Positions 24,854 through 36,330 of a stretch of 38,055 bases of DNA are shown in pieces. The stretch is from Bipalium vagum (taxonomy: Eukaryota), in the NCBI GenBank assembly GCA_037834085.1, contig JBBMKC010107860.1:1-38055 (forward strand), written 5' to 3'. The notes below the pieces were generated by a model, which ran no database searches, had not been told where the DNA came from, and saw only the letters and a list, made by a program, of their open reading frames with translations. How positions within the stretch are numbered: the stretch's first letter is position 1; every line of letters starts with the position of its first letter. The position numbers and the translations under genes were made by a program.

Positions 24854-25768
24854 ATCTACTTAATAATGACTGGAGTGAATAGTTTCACCTCAACATACTC
24901 CATGACTCTAATGAGTATTGATCGTTACCTTGCCGTATGTCATCCTATATCTTCAAAATCAATCAGAAATCCAAAAATGACCAAGTGGATCATTCTAGGC
25001 TTATGGATATTTTCCTTTTTATTAATGACTCCTCTCATACTTTATGGCGAAATAAATAGTCATACTGTATTGGATCCCAGTTCTCAAGAACCCATAATAA
25101 CAAATAACTCTACAATGAATTCTAATCAAGAAGAGATAGATTTAGTCAATTTTACTTATATCACTCAACATGCCTGTGTTATCATTTGGCCATCAGCTTT
25201 AAATGTAGCTAGTCACGGATTTACATGGTATAATTTTGCCCTAGGATTTCTATGTCCAGTAATAATAATCTGCATCCTTTATCCTTTAGTTATCATACGG
25301 TTAGGTAACGTTGGCCCAAGAAATAAATCTCAAGAAAGACGAGATTCTAATCGCCGAATAACCCGTTTGGTTTTAGCAATAATTCTCATATATATCCTAT
25401 TATGGTTACCGTATTGGGTTTTGCAGTTATTTAACATATTAAATACTGTTCCATACAGCAGATCAGTTCAACAACTTATCTTTTACTTGAATCTAGAAAT
25501 GCTCTGTCTTAACTATTTGAATAGTGCAATTAACCCAATACTTTACGCTTTTATGTCTGCCAATTTTCGAAGTTCCTTTAGAAATTTGGTCATATGTCAT
25601 CAAAACAGTTCTTATGGATTTGGAGGAATGACGACTCAGGTTCCCCAAGAAACGGTTTCTGTAACCCTTCATAAAACATCAAAGACAAACAATTGTCAAC
25701 CTGAACCTGTACATGAAAAAAATTTATCTCAACCTCCCAAATGCACTGAGATTGTTGATAAAGAATGA
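24854..25768 (+). CDS. Exon 2 (304 aa plus TGA) of the AstC/somatostatin-receptor-like GPCR: TM3-TM7 and C-tail
   Basis: Acceptor TTATTTTCAG| ends at 24853. Splicing gives C-K-I-Y...S-I-D-R-Y with the canonical 25-residue C3.25 to R3.50 spacing. Motifs SIDRYLAVCHPISS, CVIIWP, FALGFLCP, VGPRNKSQERRDSNRRITRLVL, WLPYW and NSAINPILYAFMSANFRSSF closely resemble protostome AstC receptors. The ORF-track start at 24809 is intronic read-through. Confidence 0.95.
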   Translation: MYLIMTGVNSFTSTYSMTLMSIDRYLAVCHPISSKSIRNPKMTKWIILGLWIFSFLLMTPLILYGEINSHTVLDPSSQEPIITNNSTMNSNQEEIDLVNFTYITQHACVIIWPSALNVASHGFTWYNFALGFLCPVIIICILYPLVIIRLGNVGPRNKSQERRDSNRRITRLVLAIILIYILLWLPYWVLQLFNILNTVPYSRSVQQLIFYLNLEMLCLNYLNSAINPILYAFMSANFRSSFRNLVICHQNSSYGFGGMTTQVPQETVSVTLHKTSKTNNCQPEPVHEKNLSQPPKCTEIVDKE

Positions 25769-25802
25769 CATAAAGTTCTAAATTTTGTTTTAAGATTATT
25801 GA

Positions 25803-25814
25803 AATAAAAATAAA
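25803..25814 (+). promoter_or_regulatory. Candidate polyadenylation signals (tandem AATAAA) of the GPCR
   Basis: AATAAA-AATAAA about 35 nt after the stop, followed by T-rich sequence. Weak, because AATAAA is common in this AT-rich DNA. Confidence 0.35.
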
Positions 25815-26459
25815 TTTTGTTTTATTTGATAACTTTATTTTATTCTTAATAATTTTTTAACTGGATATATGTCATAAAAATGTTGATTAAAATGTGCTCG
25901 AAAGTCAGTAATATTGGACGAAAAAAATCGTACATTATTCTATAGAATCCACTTTTCATCGTCTGTAACTAATCTGTCCAAAAATAGTTTGTTTTTATTG
26001 AATTAAATAAGTAGATAGCGAGATACATGCGGTTTAATTTACCAGTTTTCACTAATTTATATGGAACCCATTTGTCATTAGGTTATTAATTATTAGTGAT
26101 CCTGCATATCGAAGACCTTAGAGATTAGTGCTCACATAACATACACTGCCTGAAATGGGGTCAGCACCTTTGCAATGATCTAAGATTTTATGTGTATTTA
26201 TCTACTTATTATTTTAAACTATATTTTAATTAAAGATAATATAATGTAACTTCCTAAAATATATTTTTATAAAAACGTTTTAATTCTTTTATGGAAAAAA
26301 ATAACATACAAATAGGGGAGTTTGATAAAAATTTTTTTTATTATTATAACAAGTTAATATGGTTGCTCAAAAGTAAAATATTGAATAAATTTTAATTTAT
26401 TAAATAGTAAAAAAAGTCATTTCTATGTACAGTTAATACTTTAAAACAAAGTAACAATC

Positions 26460-27080
26460 AATGCAATGTGTAAGGAAAGGTGAACCACGGCCTGTAAAAG
26501 CCAAAGTAATCAAATCTGATTGAAAAGTGATACATCTGGTTTTCCTTGACATTACTGGTGTTTTTTACGATCATGTTATCCCAAAGGTAGTCAGTGCTAA
26601 TGGTCAGTACTACTCCAATATTTTAAAAGACCCATTCATGGGGAAAATGCCACTAAAGAGACAAAATAAACTTAGGGGTGATTAGTGGTTTCACTAAAAA
26701 ATGCGCCTGCACACACCTCCAAGCTTGCAATGGAAAAAATTAATAATCTTTACATCCAAATTCTACCACATTCTGTTTATTCCCATAACATGGTGCCTGC
26801 TGATTTCTTTCTATTTCTTAAAAAAATCTAATCAAAGGGCGTTATTTTGATAATGGTGATGATCTTAATAATTGTGTTATGGAAACCTTTAATAGGTTCT
26901 CATCGAAAGACTTTCAACACCCATTTCAAAAATCGAAATCGAAAGATGGCAGAAATGTATTGATTCTGGTGGATTATTTTTTGCAGGGTAAGGTATAAAC
27001 ATTTTTGTTATTTATTGTTTTGAATGTGTTTTGAATATAAATACAAGCTTGCAAATCCGGTTAGTTTTTTGATCGCATCG
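26460..27080 (+). mobile_element. Mariner 3' half with right TIR
   Basis: GEPRPVKAK...VFLDITGV...NGQYYSNIL...NAPAHTS...LPHSVYSHNMVPADFFLF...KGRYF...RWQKCIDSGG. Terminal CCGGTTAGTTTTTTGATCGCATCG|TA ends at 27080. Confidence 0.9.
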
Positions 27081-28069
27081 TATCTTCCAGAAATTAATTC
27101 AAAGTCCTCAGAAATGAAATCGTACCAGCGTCCTGCAAAACACTTGATTCTGTATACAAGAGGATATAGGAGAAACAACAAAAATAATTATTATTGACCA
27201 ACAGAGTTACTACTTTCGGTAACTAAGTGTATTTACTAAATTAATTAGTTTATTTCTGAGAAGCGATTTCACTTCTGTGATTTTATTATTACTTTATAAA
27301 TTATATAATGTTTTAAATTTCCATCCAAGTATGAAACCAAATATGTTAATTTGTATTTATTTTAGTACTTTTTTACAACTTCTAAGAATTCTTATATTCT
27401 TATATTGTGGAGATGTCCACTATTTTTCAAGAACCACCCTACAAAAATGTCTAAAAAAGAGGAAATAAAGAAATAGCTCGTGGATATATTAGAGATTTTT
27501 CTATGGACTATTATTTTTTCCTGAACGACAATTAATGATCTTGATGATCAAGTTATTATTGACGATCATATGACAATGATTTATTTTATTGGACTTATTG
27601 CTATGAATATAAAAAATGTTATGAAGAAAATGTTTAGAAGTTATTATTTGTAATTTTTATATGATTTATGATTTTTTCTCAAATCAATTTAATAATAATA
27701 ATAATAAAATTAATAAGTATGATATTAATAATAACAAATAAAATAAAATTGATTTAAGAAAATATTATTATTTAACTTACTAAAATGAAAAAAATATTTA
27801 TAAAATTTTAAAACTACAAAACTTTAGTTAAAATTAAAATTTAATAGTTTTTTTGGAAAGTTACATTTAAAAAAATAACATTTTTCACTATCGATTTTTT
27901 AGAAAATTTAACCCGTACAAAAGAAGACCAATTTAATGGTGAAAATCAATAAAAAATGAATAAAAATTATCATGAAGTTAGTTGTGACAATAGTCGGTGC
28001 AAGAACAAGGCTACGACTCATTGGAAAAAAGTGTGGAAAATCAGCCCAGAAATCCTTCAAAAATATTTA

Positions 28070-29128
28070 TATGTGCAAATATGAATTTTGGGAAAGAATA
28101 ATAACTTCAGATAATCAAATAGCTCATTGAAATAAAATATTCAGAAATTTCAATGAACTGTATCATGTTCTGCCAACATAAACAAAATTTATTTTTAAAC
28201 TGTATAATCCGCGTTATAATAACAGTCCTGGAACTTTATTGTCACACCATGTGTACTTCCAAATACCTATCTCAAATGAAAACCGTGGTTTCAATGCTAC
28301 TACTGACAGGACATGTAAGGAGTGGTTGTAGAAATAAAATTTATGACAAAAAGGCAAAAATAATTACAAAATGCCTTTGTAAACAAAGACTTGGAAATTT
28401 ATTATATGAAGATCCATGTCAACACACAATTCTGGCTGCTGTTTTAAAAGTAACTAAGGCATGTATATTGCAACGTCTGACAAGCATTGGAATCTTTAGT
28501 AAATTATGGAATTGAGTCCAAAGTAGATTAAAGTAAAATAAACATTGAAAAGCTAAGGTATGAATTTTGATATTCTTCGGTCAGAAAAATAATTTTTCAC
28601 ATAGGACTCTTAGGACAGACAAAAAATAAATTCATTATGACAATCCTAAACACAAAGCATATTGGACAAAACCGGGTGAATCCGGTACATCAACGCAGAG
28701 AGAGAATATCCATGATTCAAAAGTTTGGCAGTTGATCTGGTGGAATAAAAAACAGTGTTATTTATAATAAAATACTAAAACAATCAGAAACCATAACTAA
28801 TGAACATTATAGATGACAATTAATTCTCATCGTGAAAGGTCAGAATGAATGGAAAGACAAAAAGATAATTTCAGAATTGCTAGAAGTTGCAACTGGAAAC
28901 TCATACAACTCCACTATATTCAACAGATATCTCTCTTCAGGATTTTCATATGTTTCCCTCGATGCAATCAGCAATTGCTTGAAAGTGATACAGTTGACCG
29001 AAAACCTTAAAAATTGAAAGAAAAGCTGGATTGCTTCAAAAGAAACAGAGTTTTACTTTCGCCGAATTCATTTGTTGCCTGAAAGGCTGGCGAAAGTCTC
29101 TACTGTGAATGGAAAATATTTTTATTAG
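28070..29128 (+). mobile_element. Near full-length, heavily decayed Mos1/mauritiana-like mariner
   Basis: LLYEDPCQ, N*VQ, DKK*IHYDNPKHKAYWTKPGESGTST, IHDSKV..LIWW, ETIT..HYR, SWIASKETEFYFRRIHLLPERLAKV..NGKYF. Confidence 0.9.
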
Positions 29129-29386
29129 ACTCTTAAATAAAATTTTCAAAATATTCTTTATTAACAGATTGTGTAATATTTATACAATTTGTTTGTTTTA
29201 ATAAGTTGATACTATCGATTAAGTAAAATCAATATTTTATTAAATTTCAGATTATTGTGTACGTTAAAATATTTAGAATAAGATGTAAATTATTAGTTTA
29301 AAAAATAATAATAAATAAATGATCGAAAATTCTTACAATAAAAATTAGAAAAATATAAATAATATTCGGTAATTTTTAGTTGAAAC

Positions 29387-29530
29387 TTAAATTGAACTAA
29401 TAAAAATAGTTTTTAGATTTCTGTCAGGCTTAAATATGATGTGTTTATCTATGAAATTGCCAATTCCTTCTTGTTCCAACACCTTCTGCCATCTACCAGG
29501 CAATTTGAATATCCCAACTCTAAAATGACC
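29387..29530 (-). mobile_element. Mariner 3' end relic
   Basis: FRVGIFKLPGRWQKVLEQEG. Confidence 0.8.
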
Positions 29531-31869
29531 TAAGTGCTTTAAATTAAGATTTAAAGATATGTATAAAAAGTAAAGTAACTTTCTAAACCACCAAATATTA
29601 TTGATAAAAGTATTTCTGATTTCCAATAAAACTAAATTCTATTTTATTTATGAGAGGTTTCTTAATGATTTTTATATTTATTTTAGTAATCTTTTCTTTT
29701 TTAATATAATTTTTTTTTTAAAAATTATATATTACAGATATTCGATTGGGAAGCTGAATTATTTTTTTGGTTTTCATTTTCTAATTAAAATGATTCAAAT
29801 TTCTCGAAATGTAATATCAATTTGTTTTATTAATTTTTATGTTTTCATTCCAATTGATTTTATAAATTATCACGGATATTTTTTTAATAAATTATTCTGT
29901 TAATCATCAGAAATATATAATATAAATTATATTATATTATAATAAAATGTGTATACAGTGTATTTATTTTATTCCATTTAAAATAATGTTTTATTTTTAT
30001 TTTTAAATTTTTTTCATTTTGTTTGCCAATTAGTCTCTATTTATAAATAAAGCATTTAAATGTTAATTTTTTCTGTCTTGATTTTATAGAAAAATTCCTT
30101 TTTATAAGTAAAATGATATTTTTTCCTCTTTTACATTATTCATTATTATAATTTTTCTTTTCAGAAATAACCATCCACAATTTCAGTTTTAATATATTTT
30201 GAAGAAAATATAATTTTATTTAAAATATAAGTTTTATTTAATTTATATTAATTCAAAATATAAACTTAATAAAAAAATTAATTAAAAATTACAATTATTA
30301 ATGCTAAAATTTTTCTCATTTTTATTTTTATCATAATCAATAAATTCTTTAACCGGAAAATTCTTTCCTGGTAGATTGTATTATTAAAAATTATAAAATA
30401 AAATTTTAAAAAATTAACATTTTTCCAATTATCATTTTAAAATACTTGTTATTTTTGCTATAAATTTAATCATTTAAATTATAATAATTTAATTAAAATC
30501 AATAAAAATATTAAAATAAAATAGTGTTTATATTTTTAAAGATGTTTGTAATTATCTGAAATAATTATATAATTATATAATTATATTATTTTATTATTAT
30601 TTAAAGAACAAGTATTCATTTGTGATTATTATGTATTAAATAAATAAGAAGTAAATTACTATTTATTGAAAACTTTAAATATTACACAATATTTTATTTA
30701 AACTAATGTTTTACAAGTACGAACAAAATCTTTTCACATTTATTAAACTCCTTGATAGTCTGAAAATTTATTATAAATAAATTATTAATAAAATAAAAAT
30801 TTCCTACATAAAAATTCGAATGATAGAAATAATGAAATATGCAAATTTCATTGAGTCCAATCTAAAAATCAGCTGTCATACAACAATTTATCATTTTTTC
30901 GCATTTGGCGTCAGAGAAAATAATTGTTTTACTAATGTCTATCGATGCATTTTCTATTTAATTATAAAATAATTAAAAATATAATTTATTATTAATCAAT
31001 ACATACCGATTAATCTATTTTATCAAAATTAATTTTATTAAAAATAATCTTTCATTTCCAATGGTTTTCTTTTGTTATAATTCTTTGTCCACATTAAAAA
31101 TACATATTTTTTAGAAGAATAAAACTATAAGAATAAAAACAAGTAAGAGCAACCCAAAAAGCCAGTCAACTGTATAATTATCACACATAGGGCGTGAAAA
31201 GAAATATTTTAATAAAGATTAGAAGAATTTTTACAAAAATATAATTTATTCTTGTTCATAAATTGTAATAATAATTAAAATAATAATTTCCTGTAGCTTT
31301 TAGTAAAATACAAAAAAAATCTTTTTTCTTTTTGTCTTAATTGATTTATATTAATCTTTTAATTATTATTATTTCAGCTTAGAATATAATTTAGAATTTG
31401 ATTTTTACAATTTGCACTGTTTTATATATTTATTAATTTTAAAATAACATCACATAATATGTTATTAATATTATCATTTTTATTAAGAAATAATGTATTA
31501 TTAAAAGCTCAAATAATTTAAATATATAATTTTATAAAATAAAATCAATATTTTCCATTTGCAAATGTAAATTAATAATTTTTTTTATTGGTTTGAAATT
31601 TCAGCAAATGAAAGTATATTCAAAAGATAATAGTGATTTGTTAAAAATACATTAAATAAAAATAAAAAAAATTAATTAGGTTTTTTCTTTTTAAAACTTG
31701 ATATCACGAAATTTTCTAAAGGTTTTTAGAAAAATAATAATATTTTGGAAGTTAGAAAATTTTTTATAAAATACATTAATTTGAAAGAAAAATAATGTTT
31801 GTAAATATCAAATAGGATGTTTATTAACCTTTTAATAAAATATTGGTTTTTTGATAAAAAGTTGTGTTT

Positions 31870-32010
31870 ACGAGAAAATACTATCTAAGAATATCGATAA
31901 AAATATCGTCCAGCCAATGACTAATTTGGCAATCTCTCCTAAGGATTTGAAGTGCTGTTCAATAAGTGAGTCTTCCATCGGCTGAAGTAAACACTAGTCA
32001 GAAGTAAATA
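31870..32010 (-). mobile_element. Mariner C-terminal relic
   Basis: SD*CLLQPMEDSLIEQHFKSLGEIAKLV resembles Mos1 SDYHLF.SM.H.L.EQ.F.SYE. Confidence 0.55.
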
Positions 32011-32499
32011 AGTTGCAAAATAAGTTGCATGGTTGCATATACAATTAAAAATTCTGTAATATTTACTGGATACCTTTTTAAAGATGTGATTAATGGATGA
32101 TTTATCTTTTATTGAAACTGGGGAAAATTAATGTTTAAAACAAGAGCTGTTTGATGATTGATGATCATTGAATATGTGATTTATAAAATCTAATGAATAT
32201 AATCTCAAATATTGTGTACACCAAATCTTACCCGAATTTTTTAATGAAATTTTTTTGTATTGAAAAAGAAACAACTTGGCTGGAAAATAACTGATTACTT
32301 TATTAAGAAATAAATGATAAATGTATATCTTTGTTCTGTTGTGTCTGTTATTTGTTATATTGTGTGTATGTTTTATTGTAAATTTAGATTTTTTCGGAGA
32401 AGACTCAAAATTTTCAGCTCTTTTAAAAGTTATGTCCCAAAATCAAGGTTCTACTGTATTTCATCCAACTGTCGAACTTTGATAAAAGGTTGAATAGTA

Positions 32500-33125
32500 G
32501 TACTCTATGAAGTTTGAATTATTTCCAGGAAGACTTAGATGGTATCAAAAAAGACTATATCAGAGTGACGAAAAAAATTCAATCATTTTTAGTGATAAAT
32601 CAAGATTCTGTTTATGAAAAAGTCATGAACGCTTGAGGGTGAAACATTGGTTAAGAGAATATTATCTTGTTTTTTCTAACTTACAAGGATGTTACACCTG
32701 TAAATATATTATCGAGCGCCATATGGTCTCGATCCTATTCACCCTTGTATCTATAAAGTTAATTTGAATTATCTTCTGTACATAATAAAATTCTGTGATC
32801 ATTATTACCTCCATTAATGGTAAAACTTTCATGCAGTAGTTTTCAACAGACCGCATACGCTAGTATAGCAAAAATGTTTTGCAAGAATAATAAGAACACT
32901 AACTTGATCAGGATATTCATCAGAGTTGAACATTTGTTGAATATCGTAGGTCTTCTATGGCTACAGATGTGCCCTTCTCTTGGTACTCATAAGACATTGG
33001 ATGAATTAAAAAATCAGCTTCAACAAATATGGAATGAAATACACCACGAGGAAGTAAATATTCTGATAAATAATTCGCCAGGAAGAATGTAAGATCATAA
33101 ACGCGGTAACTTGAGTCACTATTAA
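32500..33125 (+). mobile_element. Tc1-family transposase relic
   Basis: IIFSDKSRFCL (FSDESRF), FQQ..RPHTA-like segment, VEHLLNIVG (IEHLWD), TLDELKNQLQQIWNEI. Confidence 0.75.
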
Positions 33126-33453
33126 CATCTCTTACGAAATATTGTATAAATGAATCTTTGGTAAAGATGAAACCTGATTTTTTTAAAACTATTTAGATAA
33201 AGTGTATAAAAATTAAATAAAGATAACAACAAAAATACCTTTAAATAGGCACGATAATAAATTTCAAAATCAAGACTTAGAAGACTGACTTTAGAATCAA
33301 GACTTTAATCTTAACCTGAAACTTCTTTTATTGTAACGATTTTTTTAAAAAATAATCATATTATCTGTTGTTATTTTCCAATAAAAATTGTCAAAAGTAC
33401 ATCTGAGATTTTATTATTATTATAATTATGACTATTGTAGTCAGAGAAAACAT

Positions 33454-33645
33454 TTATAAAATTTTATTGCAGAGCTGATGAAACCATGCATAACCCAACG
33501 GAAGAAGAAAAAAATCCAGCAAACCATTACTTGCAATAATATTTCCATAATTAACTCTTTCTGTGAAGACAAGTTTAATATATGATGTCAATCCAGTACC
33601 AGGCTTAGCAACATCAGGGGAGCCTTGATCATCAATCTTCATTAT
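33454..33645 (-). mobile_element. Possible deleted mariner relic
   Basis: GSPDVAKPG..LTS resembles TVAKPGLT. A DFF-like segment lies downstream. Confidence 0.35.
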
Positions 33646-33875
33646 TTTACTTCACGCAAATTTACAATGATATAAACTTCAGACAAATGTGCCAGCTTAT
33701 TTTATTGATATTAATATTAAAAATAGAGAAAACGTGAATATAATTGTTAGAAAAATTATGATGAAATAAAATCAAATAGAAATGTTTCATTAAATTTAAC
33801 CACAAAGGGAAATTTTGATAATTCGTAAAAATAAAATACAAAAATAAAAAATTATTTTTAAATGAATATTGATGA

Positions 33876-33903
33876 AATAATAATAATAATAATAATAATA
33901 ATA

Positions 33904-33941
<38 letters not shown>
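33876..33941. repeat. (AAT)n/(ATT)n head-to-head microsatellite forming a perfect 58-bp palindrome
   Basis: 33876-33904 is the exact reverse complement of 33905-33933. Confidence 0.92.
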
Positions 33942-34903
33942 GAATTATGAAATATTAATTAAATCAAATTTAATAATCGAGATTATAATTTTATATTATT
34001 CGTAATTAAAAATATATTTATTTCTGTATTATTGACATTGATAGCATATTGAGACTAATTTAAAGGAAAACCTGAATTTTATGAATGCAATATCAAAGTA
34101 ATAAAAGTAAAATTAGGAAAGCCTTTATAGTCAAAGAATAGGAATTAATAAGGATTCCTGAACCGAAATTAGTGCTGATAATTATTATAATAATAAAGAA
34201 GTTTACGGTAAAAAATAACAAAAGTCACCTAATTAAAAATAAAAATAAAAATATTATTATTATTATTATTACTATTAATTACATGACATAATTATTAGAT
34301 CTTATCTTATTTTATATAATTTTTTTATTGTACAGAACACCATTGAATTATTTCAATGTGACAAGTCTTGTTTCAAAAATAAAAACCTGCACTTTTTAAA
34401 AATATTATTAACCAAAACTTTTACTTTCAAAAGGATTGAAAACTTAAAATAACTTATAAAAAACCTGTACTAAACTAATACGATTTGTCAATCATTTCCC
34501 AAATCCAGTTTTTACTCACTACTTACTGGTAGAAGTAGTACATAAATTTATGTCACAATTTCTGCATTAGATAAAACAATGTTATTCTTTTTTAAAAAAA
34601 ATTGTTTATGTTTTTGTTTGTCACTTAAGTAATCCCTGCGTCCGGAGTGGAGTCGAATTTCATTACAAAAGGTATGGCCCATAGCTGAAAATTTCAGGAA
34701 ACGTTTACAAATATCGACACTCAAGATGGCCACTTTGAAACCACTTCAATATATTATACCCACAATGTTATTATTTAGTTTTTTGTATTTATGTTATTAT
34801 AATAAAATTTTAAAGAAAAAACGAGTCTGGTTTATTTTTGAAAGACCCTGTGTAACATTGTTCAATACTAGGATTTTTGTTGTTGTTATCTATTTTGAAT
34901 ATA

Positions 34904-35816
34904 TTAGGTTGTTCAGAAAGTTTTTTGTACATTCATTTTCAAACAAATAAGTCAGCCGAAGCAAAAGGTTTATTGATTAAAATAAAATTCATTAGCGTTT
35001 ACACACTTTTGTCAACGATTTGGTGAATTTTCCATTCATATGTGATAGAATTACGTAGACCTGGATTCAAATTCTCTTTTTAGCATCTTTTTGTTCTGAA
35101 ATCTATTTCCATTCAAATAATTTTCTAAATGTTTGAATAAATGGAAATCAGTAGGCGAGAGATCAGGCGAGTAAGGTGAATGTGGTAGTATTTTATAATT
35201 TAAACTTTTCAACCTATTCATTGTTTTCCTTGGTATGCGCGGACGTGCACTGTGATGCAATAGAATTGCGTCTTTTCTATTGATCAATTCCTGGTACATT
35301 CTTTTCAACTTTTCTTGCATAATATCAGTTTTTCAGTATTTCTCTGCCATCATTTCTCATTTTTCCAGGTAATCGTAATGAATTTTTAAAATTTTTAATC
35401 AAAAGTATTTAGATGATGAAAAAACAGCTCGTTTTTTATCTTCAAAATAAGTTCTGAGCATATTCCATAAAGCTTCATTTTGTTTCTTATGGTTAGCTCA
35501 TGTGTTACCAATGTGTTAAACTTCTTTGTCTTACATGTTTGCTTCATATTTGCTCTAGCTACTTTTGTACCGTTTCGAAATTCATAAAAAAAAACTTGAC
35601 GCAAATCGCGACCCGAAATTTACATTAAAATAGAAAAAAGACTTTAAAAGTCAATTTTTAATATAAAAGCAAAACAGTTTAATACTTTTTAAGAGAGCAG
35701 TAAATAGGCTGTTAAATGCTATATAATATTAAATAATTTTTAAATAAGTTATTTGCATTTTTTACAATTTTAATGTATATAAACAAAAAACAAGCAAAAC
35801 TTTCTGACCAACCTAA
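34904..35816 (-). mobile_element. Non-autonomous, internally deleted mariner (Hsmar1/cecropia-like), 913 bp, both TIRs present
   Basis: TIRs TTAGGTTGTTCAGAAAGTTTT and reverse-complement TTAGGTTGGTCAGAAAGTTTT match 20/21. TA at 34902-03 and 35817-18. Motifs LRQVFFYEFRNG, LVTHEL, LLHHSARP, HSPYSPDLSPTDFHLFKHL, NR*QKCV. Confidence 0.95.
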
Positions 35817-36012
35817 TATAATTATATTATTAGTTTGTAACACAATGTTTCGTGAAATTAATGTATTACAGTTTATGTTTAACCAGATTAAATTTATTTA
35901 TTAGTAAATACATTTATTTGAAATCTATTTTACTTATTAACAAAAGTATAAAAACTATTTTAGTTATAATATATTATTAAATTTTTATAAAAATCCACAG
36001 GTTTGAAATAAA

Positions 36013-36330
36013 ATGCCAAATTGATCAAAAACACCATTTTCGATACCTATTATTAATTTTATTTTAATCGTGGTAACAAAATAGCAGAAGCTGTCAAGAA
36101 AATTTGCAGTAAGTACAGAAACATGTTTTGGTCTGGACAATAGCAAGATATTAGTATAATAAATTTGAAAATGGTATATTTGATCCAATTTCGATGATAA
36201 GCAATTGATCAAACTGGTGGAAATGACATGCAGGAAAATGTCACAAAATTTGAACACCAATCCAATGACAGTCTATCGCCACCTAAAATCAAATGGTTAT
36301 TGTCAAAAAATGGTTCCTGTTACAAGGGTT
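36013..36330 (+). mobile_element. Mariner N-terminal (two HTH) relic
   Basis: KHHFRYLLL, FNRGNKIAEAVKKIC, *YNKFENG, FDDKQL...TCRKMSQNL...TVYRHLKSNG. Confidence 0.78.

Noticed and set aside
29601-29903. 100-aa F/I/Y/N-rich ORF, and similar short ORFs at 1653, 10242, 27277 and 34726
   Set aside because: Composition is as expected from random AT-rich DNA. No motifs, and several have non-ATG starts.
29900-31850. Long extremely AT-rich tract as a special element (origin, MAR or enhancer)
   Set aside because: It is indistinguishable from other spacer in the window, with no discernible structure.
20515-32457. One giant pogo-like element enclosing the GPCR (TA-CAGTGAAAC at 20515 and GGTTCTACTG-TA ending ~32457)
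   Set aside because: The ends share only a loose CAGT..AAC start and diverge afterwards. They are more simply ends of two different elements, so gene capture is unsupported.
35051-35320. Domesticated SETMAR-like gene
   Set aside because: No SET exon is present. The catalytic Asp is lost (LLHHSARP), there are stops and deletions, and it sits between ordinary TIRs.
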